Source: Escherichia coli (GTDB lineage Bacteria; Pseudomonadota; Gammaproteobacteria; Enterobacterales; Enterobacteriaceae). Taken from it: a stretch of 64,000 bases of DNA. The notes under the pieces were generated by a model, which ran no database searches, was not told the origin of the DNA, and saw only the letters and a list, made by a program, of their open reading frames with translations. The position numbers and the translations under genes were made by a program. Numbering within the stretch: position 1 is the stretch's first letter; each line of letters starts with the position of its first letter. This document shows, piece after piece, positions 1 through 12,634 of the stretch. The stretch is from NCBI RefSeq assembly GCF_003334785.1, contig NZ_QOWV01000003.1. One strand, written 5' to 3'.

Positions 1-822
1 ATGCAGCGCGCGTAAGCATTGATCCTGGGTTAGCGGTTGGGCGTTATTCGCCGCTACGGTGCGAACATAGACCTGACATGGCACACCCGCGAGTTTTTTC
101 AGTCGTGGGCTGAAATCAAGCATTCGGCGAGTGATCGCTTCTATTTCTTTACCCGGCGTTGCTTCACGCGTTTTCACCACTGCGCCGCTAAATTGTTCTT
201 TGCCACTTTCATCTTTAAAGCGGTAAAGCACCGCCAGATAATGGTCGAACAAGTTATGTTTCCATTCCGGTTGGGAATAGGTGTCATATTCCAGATTGCC
301 ATTGTCCTGGCAGTCAACGTCGTATAACGGCAGGAAATCTAACAGTGAGGTAATACGTAATGCCAGTTCACGCATTTCCGCATTATTAATTGCATGAATG
401 ATTGCTCGCGCCAGCATTTCAATCTGCAACTCATTGACGACTAACTCACATTTGCTACCGTCATGTAGCGTTAATACGAAGGTAAGATTTTCGCCTTGAT
501 TATCGGTAAGTTCCAGCGTGTTAACCCGACGATTAATATCGGCATTTTTAAGCTCATCAACCAGAATTTCTGGGATGTTTTCTGCCATTTTCTTAATGAC
601 TTTATCGCGAGCTTGCTCATACTGAAGGTGTGCAGCAGCATCCAGTTTATGCTTTTGATGCAGACGACTTTCCAGCGCAATCAGCAGGTCGCGCAGTTCC
701 ATGACAGACATAAAGAACAACGATTCTTTATTGCGAGGTTCTTTAATTTTCAGCGCCAGTGCAATGAAATTATTACTCTTGCGAATAACACCGGTATTAA
801 CACCCTTGATGCTTATGGCCAT
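1..822 (-). CDS. yjeJ: YjeJ-like hypothetical protein, 5' portion (ORF runs off the window start)
   Basis: Minus-strand frame opens with ATG at 820-822 (MAISIKGVN...) and stays open to position 1; absent from the track presumably because no stop lies in the window. Sits upstream of epmB as in K-12. Confidence 0.6.
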   Translation of the reverse strand, partial: MAISIKGVNTGVIRKSNNFIALALKIKEPRNKESLFFMSVMELRDLLIALESRLHQKHKLDAAAHLQYEQARDKVIKKMAENIPEILVDELKNADINRRVNTLELTDNQGENLTFVLTLHDGSKCELVVNELQIEMLARAIIHAINNAEMRELALRITSLLDFLPLYDVDCQDNGNLEYDTYSQPEWKHNLFDHYLAVLYRFKDESGKEQFSGAVVKTREATPGKEIEAITRRMLDFSPRLKKLAGVPCQVYVRTVAANNAQPLTQDQCLRALH

Positions 823-1085
823 GTAGGTTCTCCCTAACCATTTCTCAATTAAATAATTAATTTTAATTTATAAGCCAGATAAATGGGCTTGGTAGTAATA
901 GTTGTTAAAATAACATAAATAGCCGTACTCACTCTATATAAACAGAAAAGAAAGGTTAATTATTGGTGTTAGCTATATAAAAAGTAACAACAGCAATGCA
1001 TATGAATAATTAAAGGTTATGCAACGGGCAAAGATTAAACTTCCCAGTTTAATGACAGGTTGCTGTACTTGCGTTTGTTGCTCTT

Positions 1086-1184
1086 GCCGGATGCAGCGTA
1101 AACGCCTTATCCGGCCTACAGTTCATTGCAAATCCATTCAATTTCAATGCACGATGTAGGCCTGATAAGCGTAGCGAATCAGGC
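1086..1184. repeat. REP/BIME element: two inverted REP copies (gccggatgcagcgtaaacgccttatccggcctaca / tgtaggcctgataagcgtagcgaatcaggc)
   Basis: Two imperfect palindromic units in opposite orientation carrying the cttatccggcctaca signature, in the yjeJ-epmB intergenic region. Confidence 0.8.
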
Positions 1185-1216
1185 AATTTTAATGTTTAAC
1201 TTCCCTGTTTAATCAG

Positions 1217-2245
1217 TTACTGCTGGCGTAGCTGGAGATCCAGCGGCGTTTTGCTGGGTTCGCCGCCAATTTCTCGCGCCAGTTTCGGCACCAGATATCC
1301 CGACACCAGTGTCAGCAACTCACGCATAATCTGCCGTGCTTCGTCATCACTCACCATAAAATGCGCCGCGCCCTGTACTTTATCGAGCACATGCAGGTAA
1401 TACGGCATTACGCCGGCATCGAACAACGCATTACTCAGGTTTGCCAGCGTTTGTGCGTTATCGTTCACATCACGTAACAGAACGCTCTGGTTCAGCAAAG
1501 TAACGCCTACCCGGCGCAACTTAGCCATCGCCTGACGGAATGTTTCATCTACCTCATTGGCATGGTTGATGTGATTCACCAGCAAGATTTGCAGCGTAGA
1601 ACGGGCAAAGCATTCAACCAGCGCCTCGGTGATACGTGCCGGGATCACAATCGGCAGACGGCTGTGAATCCGCAGACGTTTTATATGCGGGATGGCTTCC
1701 AGTTGTGTGAGCAACCAGTCCAGCTCGTGATCTTTCGCCATCAGCGGATCGCCGCCGGAGAAAATCATCTCGTCCAGTTCCGGATGCGCAGCAACATACT
1801 CAAGTGCAGTTTGCCAGTTACGCTTGTTGCCCTGATTTTCGGCATAGGGGAAGTGACGACGGAAGCAATAGCGGCAATTTACCGCGCAGCCGCCTTTGAC
1901 CAGCAAAAGCGCCCGGTTGTGGTATTTATGCAACAAACCAGGCACTACGCTGTGCTGTTCTTCCAGTGGGTCGGTGGAGAATCCGGGCGCGATGACAAAC
2001 TCATCTTGCGAGGTAAGTACCTGACGCAAAAGAGGATCGTCCGGATTGCCTTTCTCCATGCGATCGATAAATGAGCGGGGCACACGCAGGGCAAAAAGCT
2101 TTTTGGCGCTGCGTCCGGCTAACAGTTTTTCCTCCGCGTCTATATTCAAAAGACGCAGAAGTTCATCAGGATCGGTCACAACATCGGCAAGTTGCGTTAA
2201 CCAATCTTCTCTGGATGGGGTATTTAGGGTTACAATATGCGCCAT
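1217..2245 (-). CDS. epmB: EF-P beta-lysylation enzyme EpmB (lysine 2,3-aminomutase family, radical SAM)
   Basis: Track ORF of 342 aa with the CxxxCxxC radical-SAM motif (CAVNCRYCFRR); adjacent and divergent to efp. Confidence 0.95.
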   Translation of the reverse strand: MAHIVTLNTPSREDWLTQLADVVTDPDELLRLLNIDAEEKLLAGRSAKKLFALRVPRSFIDRMEKGNPDDPLLRQVLTSQDEFVIAPGFSTDPLEEQHSVVPGLLHKYHNRALLLVKGGCAVNCRYCFRRHFPYAENQGNKRNWQTALEYVAAHPELDEMIFSGGDPLMAKDHELDWLLTQLEAIPHIKRLRIHSRLPIVIPARITEALVECFARSTLQILLVNHINHANEVDETFRQAMAKLRRVGVTLLNQSVLLRDVNDNAQTLANLSNALFDAGVMPYYLHVLDKVQGAAHFMVSDDEARQIMRELLTLVSGYLVPKLAREIGGEPSKTPLDLQLRQQ

Positions 2246-2286
2246 TTTGTGGCTTAGCTACCAATTAACAAATTTCAGAGGGCCTT

Positions 2287-2853
2287 ATGGCAACGTACTA
2301 TAGCAACGATTTTCGTGCTGGTCTTAAAATCATGTTAGACGGCGAACCTTACGCGGTTGAAGCGAGTGAATTCGTAAAACCGGGTAAAGGCCAGGCATTT
2401 GCTCGCGTTAAACTGCGTCGTCTGCTGACCGGTACTCGCGTAGAAAAAACCTTCAAATCTACTGATTCCGCTGAAGGCGCTGATGTTGTCGATATGAACC
2501 TGACTTACCTGTACAACGACGGTGAGTTCTGGCACTTCATGAACAACGAAACTTTCGAGCAGCTGTCTGCTGATGCAAAAGCAATTGGTGACAACGCTAA
2601 ATGGCTGCTGGATCAGGCAGAGTGTATCGTAACTCTGTGGAATGGTCAGCCGATCTCCGTTACTCCGCCGAACTTCGTTGAACTGGAAATCGTTGATACC
2701 GATCCGGGCCTGAAAGGTGATACCGCAGGTACTGGTGGCAAACCGGCTACCCTGTCTACTGGCGCTGTGGTTAAAGTTCCGCTGTTTGTACAAATCGGCG
2801 AAGTCATCAAAGTGGATACCCGCTCTGGTGAATACGTCTCTCGCGTGAAGTAA
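2287..2853 (+). CDS. efp: Translation elongation factor P
   Basis: Track ORF of 188 aa, [24 protein letters not shown]..., with the KPGKGQAF loop that contains the modified lysine. Confidence 0.97.
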
Positions 2854-2904
2854 TGCGGTTGTGGTGCGGCCTGCAGGCTGCACCATCACTTATTCAGGTC
2901 AGAG

Positions 2905-3030
2905 ATGATGAAACGCCTTATCGTTCTTGTTTTGCTTGCCAGCACGCTGCTCACGGGCTGTAACACCGCTCGCGGTTTCGGCGAAGACATCAAACATCTC
3001 GGCAACTCCATCTCTCGCGCTGCCAGCTAA
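2905..3030 (+). CDS. ecnA: Entericidin A small lipoprotein (41 aa)
   Basis: Small [44 protein letters not shown] with a lipobox (LTGC); not in the track because of its size. Confidence 0.85.
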   Translation: MMKRLIVLVLLASTLLTGCNTARGFGEDIKHLGNSISRAAS

Positions 3031-3140
3031 TTTTTCTTCTCTTCCGAAAAATCATCAGATTCCCATCATTTTTGGCGATGTTGTCTATTATTAATTTGCT
3101 ATAGGCAAACATAAATAACATTACCTAAAAGGAAGACGTT

Positions 3141-3287
3141 ATGGTGAAGAAGACAATTGCAGCGATCTTTTCTGTTCTGGTGCTTTCAACAGTATTAACT
3201 GCCTGCAACACCACGCGTGGCGTTGGTGAAGACATTTCTGATGGCGGTAACGCGATTTCTGGCGCAGCAACGAAAGCGCAGCAATAA
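3141..3287 (+). CDS. ecnB: Entericidin B small lipoprotein (48 aa)
   Basis: Small [51 protein letters not shown], a lipobox-containing paralogue of ecnA with an RBS (aggaag) upstream. Confidence 0.85.
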
Positions 3288-3398
3288 GCAATAACGGTAC
3301 GACAGCTGTGTCGTGCCGTTTGTTTTTTCTGCGATAGTCACAAAGGTAATAGTTGAAATTCCCCTGCCACCTGGCAAAATATCCGTTCAACCATCAGC

Positions 3399-3446
3399 TT
3401 TGCAGGACGACCTGCAAACGCCTCTTTTCACCGGGGACGGCCCCAA
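3399..3446 (+). promoter_or_regulatory. Guanidine-II riboswitch (mini-ykkC): two tandem hairpins with ACGR tetraloops
   Basis: Hairpin 1 tgcagg-ACGA-cctgca (3401-3416) and hairpin 2 ccgggg-ACGG-cccc (3431-3444), about 15 nt apart, immediately 5' of the gdx start. Matches the known mini-ykkC architecture. Confidence 0.8.
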
Positions 3447-3462
3447 TTCTCCGGAGCCTGAT

Positions 3463-3780
3463 ATGTCCTGGATTATCTTAGTTATTGCTGGTCTGCTGGA
3501 AGTGGTATGGGCCGTTGGCCTGAAATATACCCACGGCTTTAGTCGTTTGACGCCGAGTGTTATTACTGTGACGGCGATGATTGTCAGTATGGCGCTACTT
3601 GCCTGGGCGATGAAATCGTTACCAGTAGGGACGGCTTATGCCGTGTGGACGGGTATTGGCGCAGTCGGCGCGGCCATAACCGGCATTGTGCTGCTCGGTG
3701 AGTCCGCTAACCCGATGCGCCTGGCGAGTCTGGCGTTAATCGTATTGGGGATTATTGGTCTGAAACTCAGCACTCACTAA
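3463..3780 (+). CDS. gdx: Guanidinium exporter Gdx/SugE (SMR family, 105 aa)
   Basis: The track ORF starts at 3313, but the recognised protein begins at the internal ATG at 3463 ([22 protein letters not shown]...). Four-TM SMR protein; the upstream extension is occupied by the riboswitch. Confidence 0.9.
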   Translation: MSWIILVIAGLLEVVWAVGLKYTHGFSRLTPSVITVTAMIVSMALLAWAMKSLPVGTAYAVWTGIGAVGAAITGIVLLGESANPMRLASLALIVLGIIGLKLSTH

Positions 3781-4310
3781 CTACCAGGCTGCTGTACCCA
3801 AATAAATTTACTGACATCAAACCCTTCCCGGGTCGCGACTGCCAGCATCTCCTGTTTCACTTCGTCAGAAATGGTTGGCGTGCGGGAGAGTATCCACAGG
3901 TAGTCGCGGTCCGGGCCGCAAACCAGCGCATGGCGGTATTCCCGATCGAGTGCAATAACGTTATAACCGCCATAGAAAGGACCAAAGAATGACACTTTCA
4001 GCGCAGCGCGAGTTGGTGCGCCGGTAAAGTACGCTTTCCCTTCACTCTGCTGCCACATTCCTCTGTCAGGGTTATAGCCTTTATTAATGACATTCAGGCC
4101 GCCGTCATCACGCAGGCTGTATGTTGCGGTGACTTTTTCCAGTCCACGTTCAAAGCGGTGATCAAAACGGGCAATCTCATACCAGGTACCAAGATAACGT
4201 TTGGCGTCGAAATTATTTACTACGGTCACGCCACGCGGCGGCGTAGGAGAACTGCAGGCAACGACCAGAAATGCAGCTGTCGCTGCGGCAACGAGAGGGA
4301 GCAGGCGCAT
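3777..4310 (-). CDS. blc: Outer-membrane lipocalin Blc
   Basis: Track ORF of 177 aa with a lipoprotein signal (VVACSS) and lipocalin motifs. Confidence 0.92.
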   Translation of the reverse strand: MRLLPLVAAATAAFLVVACSSPTPPRGVTVVNNFDAKRYLGTWYEIARFDHRFERGLEKVTATYSLRDDGGLNVINKGYNPDRGMWQQSEGKAYFTGAPTRAALKVSFFGPFYGGYNVIALDREYRHALVCGPDRDYLWILSRTPTISDEVKQEMLAVATREGFDVSKFIWVQQPGS

Positions 4311-4398
4311 AAATGTTTCCTTACTGGTTTTTTTCTAAGTGTAGATGACAGCAAGGAAAAGCGGAGAAAAGGTCCGAAAATTCGGACCCGATGGAATT

Positions 4399-5954
<1,556 letters not shown>

Positions 5955-5964
5955 CTCAGGCTCC

Positions 5965-7097
<1,133 letters not shown>

Positions 7098-7105
<8 letters not shown>

Positions 7106-8906
7106 TCGCCTTCTCCTTCTTATTGGCTGCTTCCGCCTTATCGGCTGCATCCGCTTCGCCACCGTAAACGCGTTTAGCTGGCGGCAGCGTAGTAATCTTC
7201 ACGTCGCTGTACTCCAGGCGAGTCGTGCCATCAGCATCGCGGAAGGCGAGGGTGTGTTTGAGGAAGTTGACGTCGTCACGCTCGGTGCAACCTTCGTCCA
7301 GACGCTGGTGCGCGCCGCGGGACTCTTTACGTGCCATTGCGGAGTGCGCCATACATTCAGCAACGTTCAGACCGTGGCCCAGTTCAATGGTGTAGAGCAG
7401 GTCGGTGTTGAACACGCTGGAAGTGTCGGTGATGCGCACGCGCTTGAAGCGTTCCTGCAGCTCTGCCAGCTTGTCGATGGTTTTCTGCATCAGTTCCGGC
7501 GTACGGTAGATACCGCAGCCTTCTTCCATAGCCAGGCCCATTTCGTCGCGGATCTTCGCCCAGTTTTCGCCGCCATCCTGGTTAACCAGATCTTTCAGAC
7601 GTTGTTCAACGCCAGCTGCCTGCGCTTCAATTGCCGCTTCGTTGCCATTACCGGCAGTTGCTGCACGCTCTGTCGCTTGTTCACCGGCCAGACGGCCGAA
7701 GACCACCAGTTCCGCCAGGGAGTTAGAACCCAGACGGTTTGCACCGTGCAGACCAACAGAGGAACATTCACCCACGGCGAACAGACCTTTAATGCGGGTT
7801 TCACAGTTCTGATCGGTTTCGATACCGCCCATGGTGTAGTGTGCGGTCGGACGTACCGGAATCGGTTCTTTAACCGGATCGACGCCAACGTACGCTTTCG
7901 CCAGTTCGCAGATGAACGGCAGACGTTCATGCAGTTTTTTCTCGCCGAGGTGACGCAAGTCGAGATAAACCACATCGCCACGCGGCGTGGAGATGGTGTT
8001 GCCTTTACGCCATTCGTGCCAGAAGGCCTGAGAGACTTTGTCGCGTGGACCCAGTTCCATATATTTGTTTTTCGGCTCGCCCAGCGGAGTTTCCGGGCCC
8101 ATGCCGTAATCTTGCAGATAACGGTAGCCATTTTTGTTGACCAGAATACCGCCTTCACCGCGGCAACCTTCGGTCATCAGGATACCGGAACCTGGCAGAC
8201 CGGTTGGGTGATACTGAACGAATTCCATGTCACGCAGCGGAACGCCGTGGCTTAGCGCCATACCCATACCGTCACCGGTAACGATGCCGCCGTTGGTGTT
8301 GTAACGATAAACGCGACCCGCACCGCCAGTAGCCATAACGACCGCGTTAGCACGGATCTGCACCAGCGTGCCTTCCATCATGTTCATTGCTACCAGGCCG
8401 CGAACATGACCATCATCAACCAGAATATCCAGCACGAAATGTTCGTCAAAACGCTGGATCTGCGGGAATTGCAGAGAGGTCTGGAACAGCGTGTGCAGCA
8501 TATGGAAGCCGGTCTTATCGGCGGCGAACCAGGTGCGCTCGATTTTCATGCCGCCGAAGCGACGTACGTTGACGCTACCATCCGGGCGACGGCTCCATGG
8601 GCATCCCCACAGTTCCAGTTGGGTCATTTCGGTTGGGCAGTGGTGGACGAAATAATCCACGACATCCTGCTCACACAACCAGTCGCCACCCGCTACTGTA
8701 TCGTGAAAGTGATATTCGAAGCTGTCATGATCCTGCGCGACAGCGGCGGAGCCCCCTTCTGCAGCAACGGTATGGCTACGCATCGGGTATACTTTTGAGA
8801 TTAGTGCGATTTTTGCATTCGGATTTGCCTGCGCGGCAGCAATTGCAGCACGTAATCCCGCGCCACCGGCGCCTACAATGGCAAGATCGGCTTGAAAGGT
8901 TTGCAC
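7098..8906 (-). CDS. frdA: Fumarate reductase flavoprotein subunit
   Basis: Track ORF of 602 aa, [26 protein letters not shown]...; FAD-binding GxGxxG plus the covalent-FAD histidine context ([10 protein letters not shown]). Confidence 0.97.
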
Positions 8907-9230
8907 GACATTCCTCCAGATTGTTTTTATCCCACAGCCACGTACTTCAGGGTAAGTACCTGAAAGTTACGGTCTGCGAACGCTATTCCACTGCTCCTTT
9001 ATAGGTACAACAGTATAGTCTGATGGATAAGTCTGAAATTTGACGAGATCGATTTTTTTAGTGCGCAAGAGGGCTAAATTATCACTGAAGATGATTAATT
9101 TAATTACTAAACCATCAGATCGTGCTTTTTTTAGTCACTGCCCACCGCTGTTTTATTCCTGCGTAAAATTTGTCTCGCCGTCGCGTTGCGAGTAGACTTC
9201 GTGCCCTTGTCAAAAACTGGAGATTTAACT

Positions 9231-10208
9231 ATGAGCGAAACGGCATCCTGGCAGCCGAGCGCATCCATTCCTAACTTATTAAAACGCGCGGCGATTATGG
9301 CGGAGATCCGTCGTTTCTTTGCCGATCGTGGAGTGCTGGAGGTGGAGACGCCTTGTATGAGCCAGGCGACGGTAACCGATATTCATTTGGTCCCGTTTGA
9401 GACACGTTTCGTTGGCCCCGGGCATTCGCAGGGGATGAATCTCTGGTTAATGACCAGCCCGGAATACCATATGAAACGCCTGCTGGTTGCCGGTTGTGGG
9501 CCGGTATTCCAGCTGTGCCGCAGCTTCCGTAATGAAGAGATGGGGCGTTATCACAACCCTGAGTTCACTATGCTGGAGTGGTATCGACCGCACTATGATA
9601 TGTACCGGTTGATGAACGAGGTAGACGATCTCTTACAACAGGTGCTGGACTGCCCGGCAGCAGAAAGCCTTTCTTATCAACAAGCTTTCTTGCGTTATCT
9701 GGAAATTGACCCGCTCTCTGCCGACAAAACGCAACTGCGGGAAGTCGCAGCGAAACTGGATTTGAGCAATGTTGCTGATACCGAAGAAGACCGCGACACG
9801 CTGCTACAATTGCTGTTTACCTTTGGCGTAGAGCCAAATATTGGCAAAGAAAAACCGACCTTTGTGTACCACTTTCCAGCCAGCCAGGCATCACTGGCGC
9901 AAATCAGTACCGAAGATCATCGGGTCGCTGAACGCTTTGAGGTTTATTATAAAGGTATTGAGCTGGCGAATGGTTTCCATGAATTGACGGATGCCCGTGA
10001 GCAGCAACAACGCTTTGAACAAGATAACCGTAAGCGCGCGGCGCGCGGTTTGCCGCAGCACCCCATTGACCAGAATCTGATTGAAGCCTTGAAAGTCGGT
10101 ATGCCTGACTGTTCCGGCGTGGCATTAGGTGTTGATCGTCTGGTGATGTTGGCGCTGGGCGCGGAGACACTGGCTGAAGTCATCGCCTTTAGCGTTGACC
10201 GGGCATAA
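9231..10208 (+). CDS. epmA: EF-P--(R)-beta-lysine ligase EpmA (class II Lys-tRNA synthetase paralogue, 325 aa)
   Basis: Track ORF trimmed to the ATG at 9231 ([30 protein letters not shown]...). Confidence 0.95.
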   Translation: MSETASWQPSASIPNLLKRAAIMAEIRRFFADRGVLEVETPCMSQATVTDIHLVPFETRFVGPGHSQGMNLWLMTSPEYHMKRLLVAGCGPVFQLCRSFRNEEMGRYHNPEFTMLEWYRPHYDMYRLMNEVDDLLQQVLDCPAAESLSYQQAFLRYLEIDPLSADKTQLREVAAKLDLSNVADTEEDRDTLLQLLFTFGVEPNIGKEKPTFVYHFPASQASLAQISTEDHRVAERFEVYYKGIELANGFHELTDAREQQQRFEQDNRKRAARGLPQHPIDQNLIEALKVGMPDCSGVALGVDRLVMLALGAETLAEVIAFSVDRA

Positions 10209-10426
10209 TTCTGAAAAATTACTGAATTAACAGCGAAGAATGGCGTGATAAGCGCCATTCTGTAGCATATGTTTTCATTTTTCCGTTAAAGGCCACAATT
10301 TAAGACTGGATATTTGATATCATCCAGGTATCAATTCTGTATTGGTTTTTACGCTGCCTGCTCAATGTTGCGCAGTGCAGTTCAGTGGGCACGTGTTATA
10401 CACGCGCTGAAATGAAGGATGGTTTC

Positions 10427-11929
10427 ATGCCTCACACGATAAAAAAGATGAGTCTGATAGGACTCATATTGATGATCTTTACTTCCGTATTTGGATTTGC
10501 CAATAGCCCATCGGCTTATTACTTAATGGGTTATAGTGCGATTCCCTTTTATATATTTTCTGCATTGTTATTCTTTATTCCATTCGCCTTAATGATGGCT
10601 GAAATGGGAGCTGCTTATCGCAAAGAAGAAGGCGGTATCTATTCCTGGATGAATAATAGTGTCGGACCACGTTTTGCCTTCATTGGTACGTTTATGTGGT
10701 TTTCCTCTTATATCATCTGGATGGTGAGTACCTCCGCGAAAGTTTGGGTACCGTTCTCAACATTCCTCTATGGTAGCGACATGACCCAGCACTGGCGTAT
10801 TGCCGGACTGGAGCCTACGCAGGTGGTTGGTCTGCTGGCTGTGGCATGGATGATTCTGGTCACCGTCGTTGCTTCTAAGGGGATTAATAAAATTGCCCGC
10901 ATTACTGCGGTGGGCGGTATTGCAGTAATGTGTCTGAATTTAGTATTGCTGTTAGTAAGCATTACTATTTTGTTATTAAATGGTGGGCATTTCGCGCAGG
11001 ATATTAATTTCCTTGCATCACCGAACCCGGGTTATCAGTCCGGTCTGGCAATGCTATCGTTTGTGGTATTTGCCATTTTTGCCTATGGCGGAATTGAAGC
11101 GGTTGGTGGTCTGGTCGATAAAACGGAAAATCCAGAAAAGAACTTTGCCAAAGGTATTGTTTTTGCCGCTATTGTTATTTCAATCGGTTATTCGCTGGCA
11201 ATATTTTTATGGGGCGTCAGCACAAACTGGCAGCAGGTATTAAGTAATGGTTCCGTTAACCTCGGCAATATTACCTATGTGCTGATGAAGAGCCTTGGGA
11301 TGACGCTGGGTAATGCACTGCATTTGTCACCTGAAGCGTCATTGTCGCTGGGCGTATGGTTTGCGCGTATTACTGGACTTTCGATGTTCCTCGCCTATAC
11401 CGGTGCGTTCTTTACGCTTTGCTATTCACCGTTGAAAGCCATCATCCAGGGGACGCCGAAAGCATTGTGGCCGGAACCGATGACGCGCCTGAATGCGATG
11501 GGGATGCCGTCTATCGCCATGTGGATGCAGTGCGGGTTGGTTACTGTCTTCATCCTGCTGGTTTCGTTTGGTGGCGGTACCGCATCGGCGTTCTTTAACA
11601 AGCTGACGCTGATGGCGAACGTGTCTATGACGCTTCCTTACCTGTTCCTCGCGCTGGCTTTCCCGTTCTTTAAAGCACGTCAGGATCTCGACAGACCGTT
11701 TGTGATTTTCAAAACGCATTTGTCGGCAATGATTGCGACAGTGGTTGTCGTACTGGTGGTGACATTTGCGAACGTCTTCACCATCATTCAACCTGTGGTT
11801 GAAGCCGGAGACTGGGACAGCACATTGTGGATGATTGGCGGCCCTGTCTTCTTCTCGCTGTTAGCGATGGCGATTTACCAGAACTATTGCAGCAGAGTGG
11901 CAAAAAATCCGCAGTGGGCGGTGGAATAA
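10427..11929 (+). CDS. yjeM: APC-superfamily inner-membrane transporter YjeM (500 aa)
   Basis: Track ORF trimmed to MPHTIKKMSLIGL...; polytopic hydrophobic protein. Confidence 0.85.
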   Translation: MPHTIKKMSLIGLILMIFTSVFGFANSPSAYYLMGYSAIPFYIFSALLFFIPFALMMAEMGAAYRKEEGGIYSWMNNSVGPRFAFIGTFMWFSSYIIWMVSTSAKVWVPFSTFLYGSDMTQHWRIAGLEPTQVVGLLAVAWMILVTVVASKGINKIARITAVGGIAVMCLNLVLLLVSITILLLNGGHFAQDINFLASPNPGYQSGLAMLSFVVFAIFAYGGIEAVGGLVDKTENPEKNFAKGIVFAAIVISIGYSLAIFLWGVSTNWQQVLSNGSVNLGNITYVLMKSLGMTLGNALHLSPEASLSLGVWFARITGLSMFLAYTGAFFTLCYSPLKAIIQGTPKALWPEPMTRLNAMGMPSIAMWMQCGLVTVFILLVSFGGGTASAFFNKLTLMANVSMTLPYLFLALAFPFFKARQDLDRPFVIFKTHLSAMIATVVVVLVVTFANVFTIIQPVVEAGDWDSTLWMIGGPVFFSLLAMAIYQNYCSRVAKNPQWAVE

Positions 11930-11980
11930 CCCGATGCCCTATCGTCTACCTGACGATAGGGCGTAAAGACAGGAAATGTT

Positions 11981-12295
11981 ATGGATGACACCAGCCGGGA
12001 CCCGGCAATAACCGAAGATGAAATCAGGGCGCTGCAATTTTCTGCCGGGGATGTAGCGGAAATAGAGCAGACGATTCTCTCTTTTGTCGATGCCTGCCAC
12101 ACCCGTAAAGTGGCGATGGTGGTGGGTAGCACCATTAACACCCTCAAAGATCGCGATGGTAAACGGTGGGGAAACCTGCCGGATATTTATTGCGCTTATC
12201 TTATCCGATGTCTGGTTTTTCGCGGGGAATTAGTGGGATACGGCGATTTGTTTCGTATGCGCTATAGCGAAATTAAGCGACCGGTTACCTTATGA
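11981..12295 (+). CDS. yjeN: Uncharacterised protein YjeN
   Basis: Track ORF of 104 aa in the conserved position between yjeM and yjeO. Confidence 0.8.
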   Translation: MDDTSRDPAITEDEIRALQFSAGDVAEIEQTILSFVDACHTRKVAMVVGSTINTLKDRDGKRWGNLPDIYCAYLIRCLVFRGELVGYGDLFRMRYSEIKRPVTL

Positions 12296-12606
12296 GTGCG
12301 CGCATGTTTGTCTTATGCTGCATCTGGTTTATTGTGGCGTTCCTCTGGATAACCATCACTTCCGCGCTGGACAAAGAGTGGATGATTGATGGACGCGGGA
12401 TTAACAACGTCTGCGATGTGTTGATGTATCTCGAAGAAGACGATACCCGTGATGTTGGTGTGATAATGACGTTACCGCTCTTTTTCCCTTTTCTCTGGTT
12501 CGCTTTGTGGCGAAAAAAACGCGGCTGGTTTATGTACGCCACCGCGCTGGCTATTTTCGGCTACTGGCTGTGGCAGTTTTTTCTGCGCTATCAGTTTTGT
12601 TTGTGA
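12292..12606 (+). CDS. yjeO: Inner-membrane protein YjeO
   Basis: Track ORF of 104 aa; hydrophobic; overlaps the yjeN stop by 4 nt. Confidence 0.8.
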   Translation: MSARMFVLCCIWFIVAFLWITITSALDKEWMIDGRGINNVCDVLMYLEEDDTRDVGVIMTLPLFFPFLWFALWRKKRGWFMYATALAIFGYWLWQFFLRYQFCL

Positions 12607-12634
12607 GCCGGATTGGTTCATCCGGCACACAAAC

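Noticed and set aside
496-837. Plus-strand ORF of 113 aa at the left edge.
   Set aside because: It is antisense to the yjeJ coding frame (minus strand, start at 822), which is the recognisable gene here.
2863-2884. Near-palindrome ggtgcggcctgcaggctgcacc between efp and ecnA as a possible intrinsic terminator.
   Set aside because: It is a GC-rich hairpin but has no following T-run, so it is not reported as a feature; it could still act as an RNA stability or attenuation element.
3313-3462. Longest-ORF N-terminal extensions in the track, for example gdx from 3313, ampC to 5727, yjfC from 39375, orn from 18048, ulaD from 48509, ulaA from 46399.
   Set aside because: The extensions run through known regulatory sequence or the upstream gene, and each recognised protein begins at an internal start with a better RBS. 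They were trimmed and not treated as novel N-terminal domains.
7254-8255. A 333-aa plus-strand ORF antisense to frdA, and similar long antisense ORFs elsewhere: 15878..16903 opposite psd, 31334..32548 opposite purA, 48677..49954 opposite ulaD/ulaE, 47053..47907 opposite ulaA, 17519..18166 opposite rsgA, and 12806..13288 and 13952..14365 opposite mscM.
   Set aside because: Each lies wholly inside a well-recognised conserved gene on the other strand, has no convincing RBS, and translates to low-complexity Arg/His/Gln-rich sequence typical of antisense frames of GC-rich genes. Taken as frame artefacts.
9030-9062. Possible FNR half-sites (ttgac-gaga-tcgat) in the frdA upstream region.
   Set aside because: frdABCD is known to be FNR-activated, but I could not find a clean TTGAT-N4-ATCAA match by eye and cannot place the site reliably without a matrix scan.
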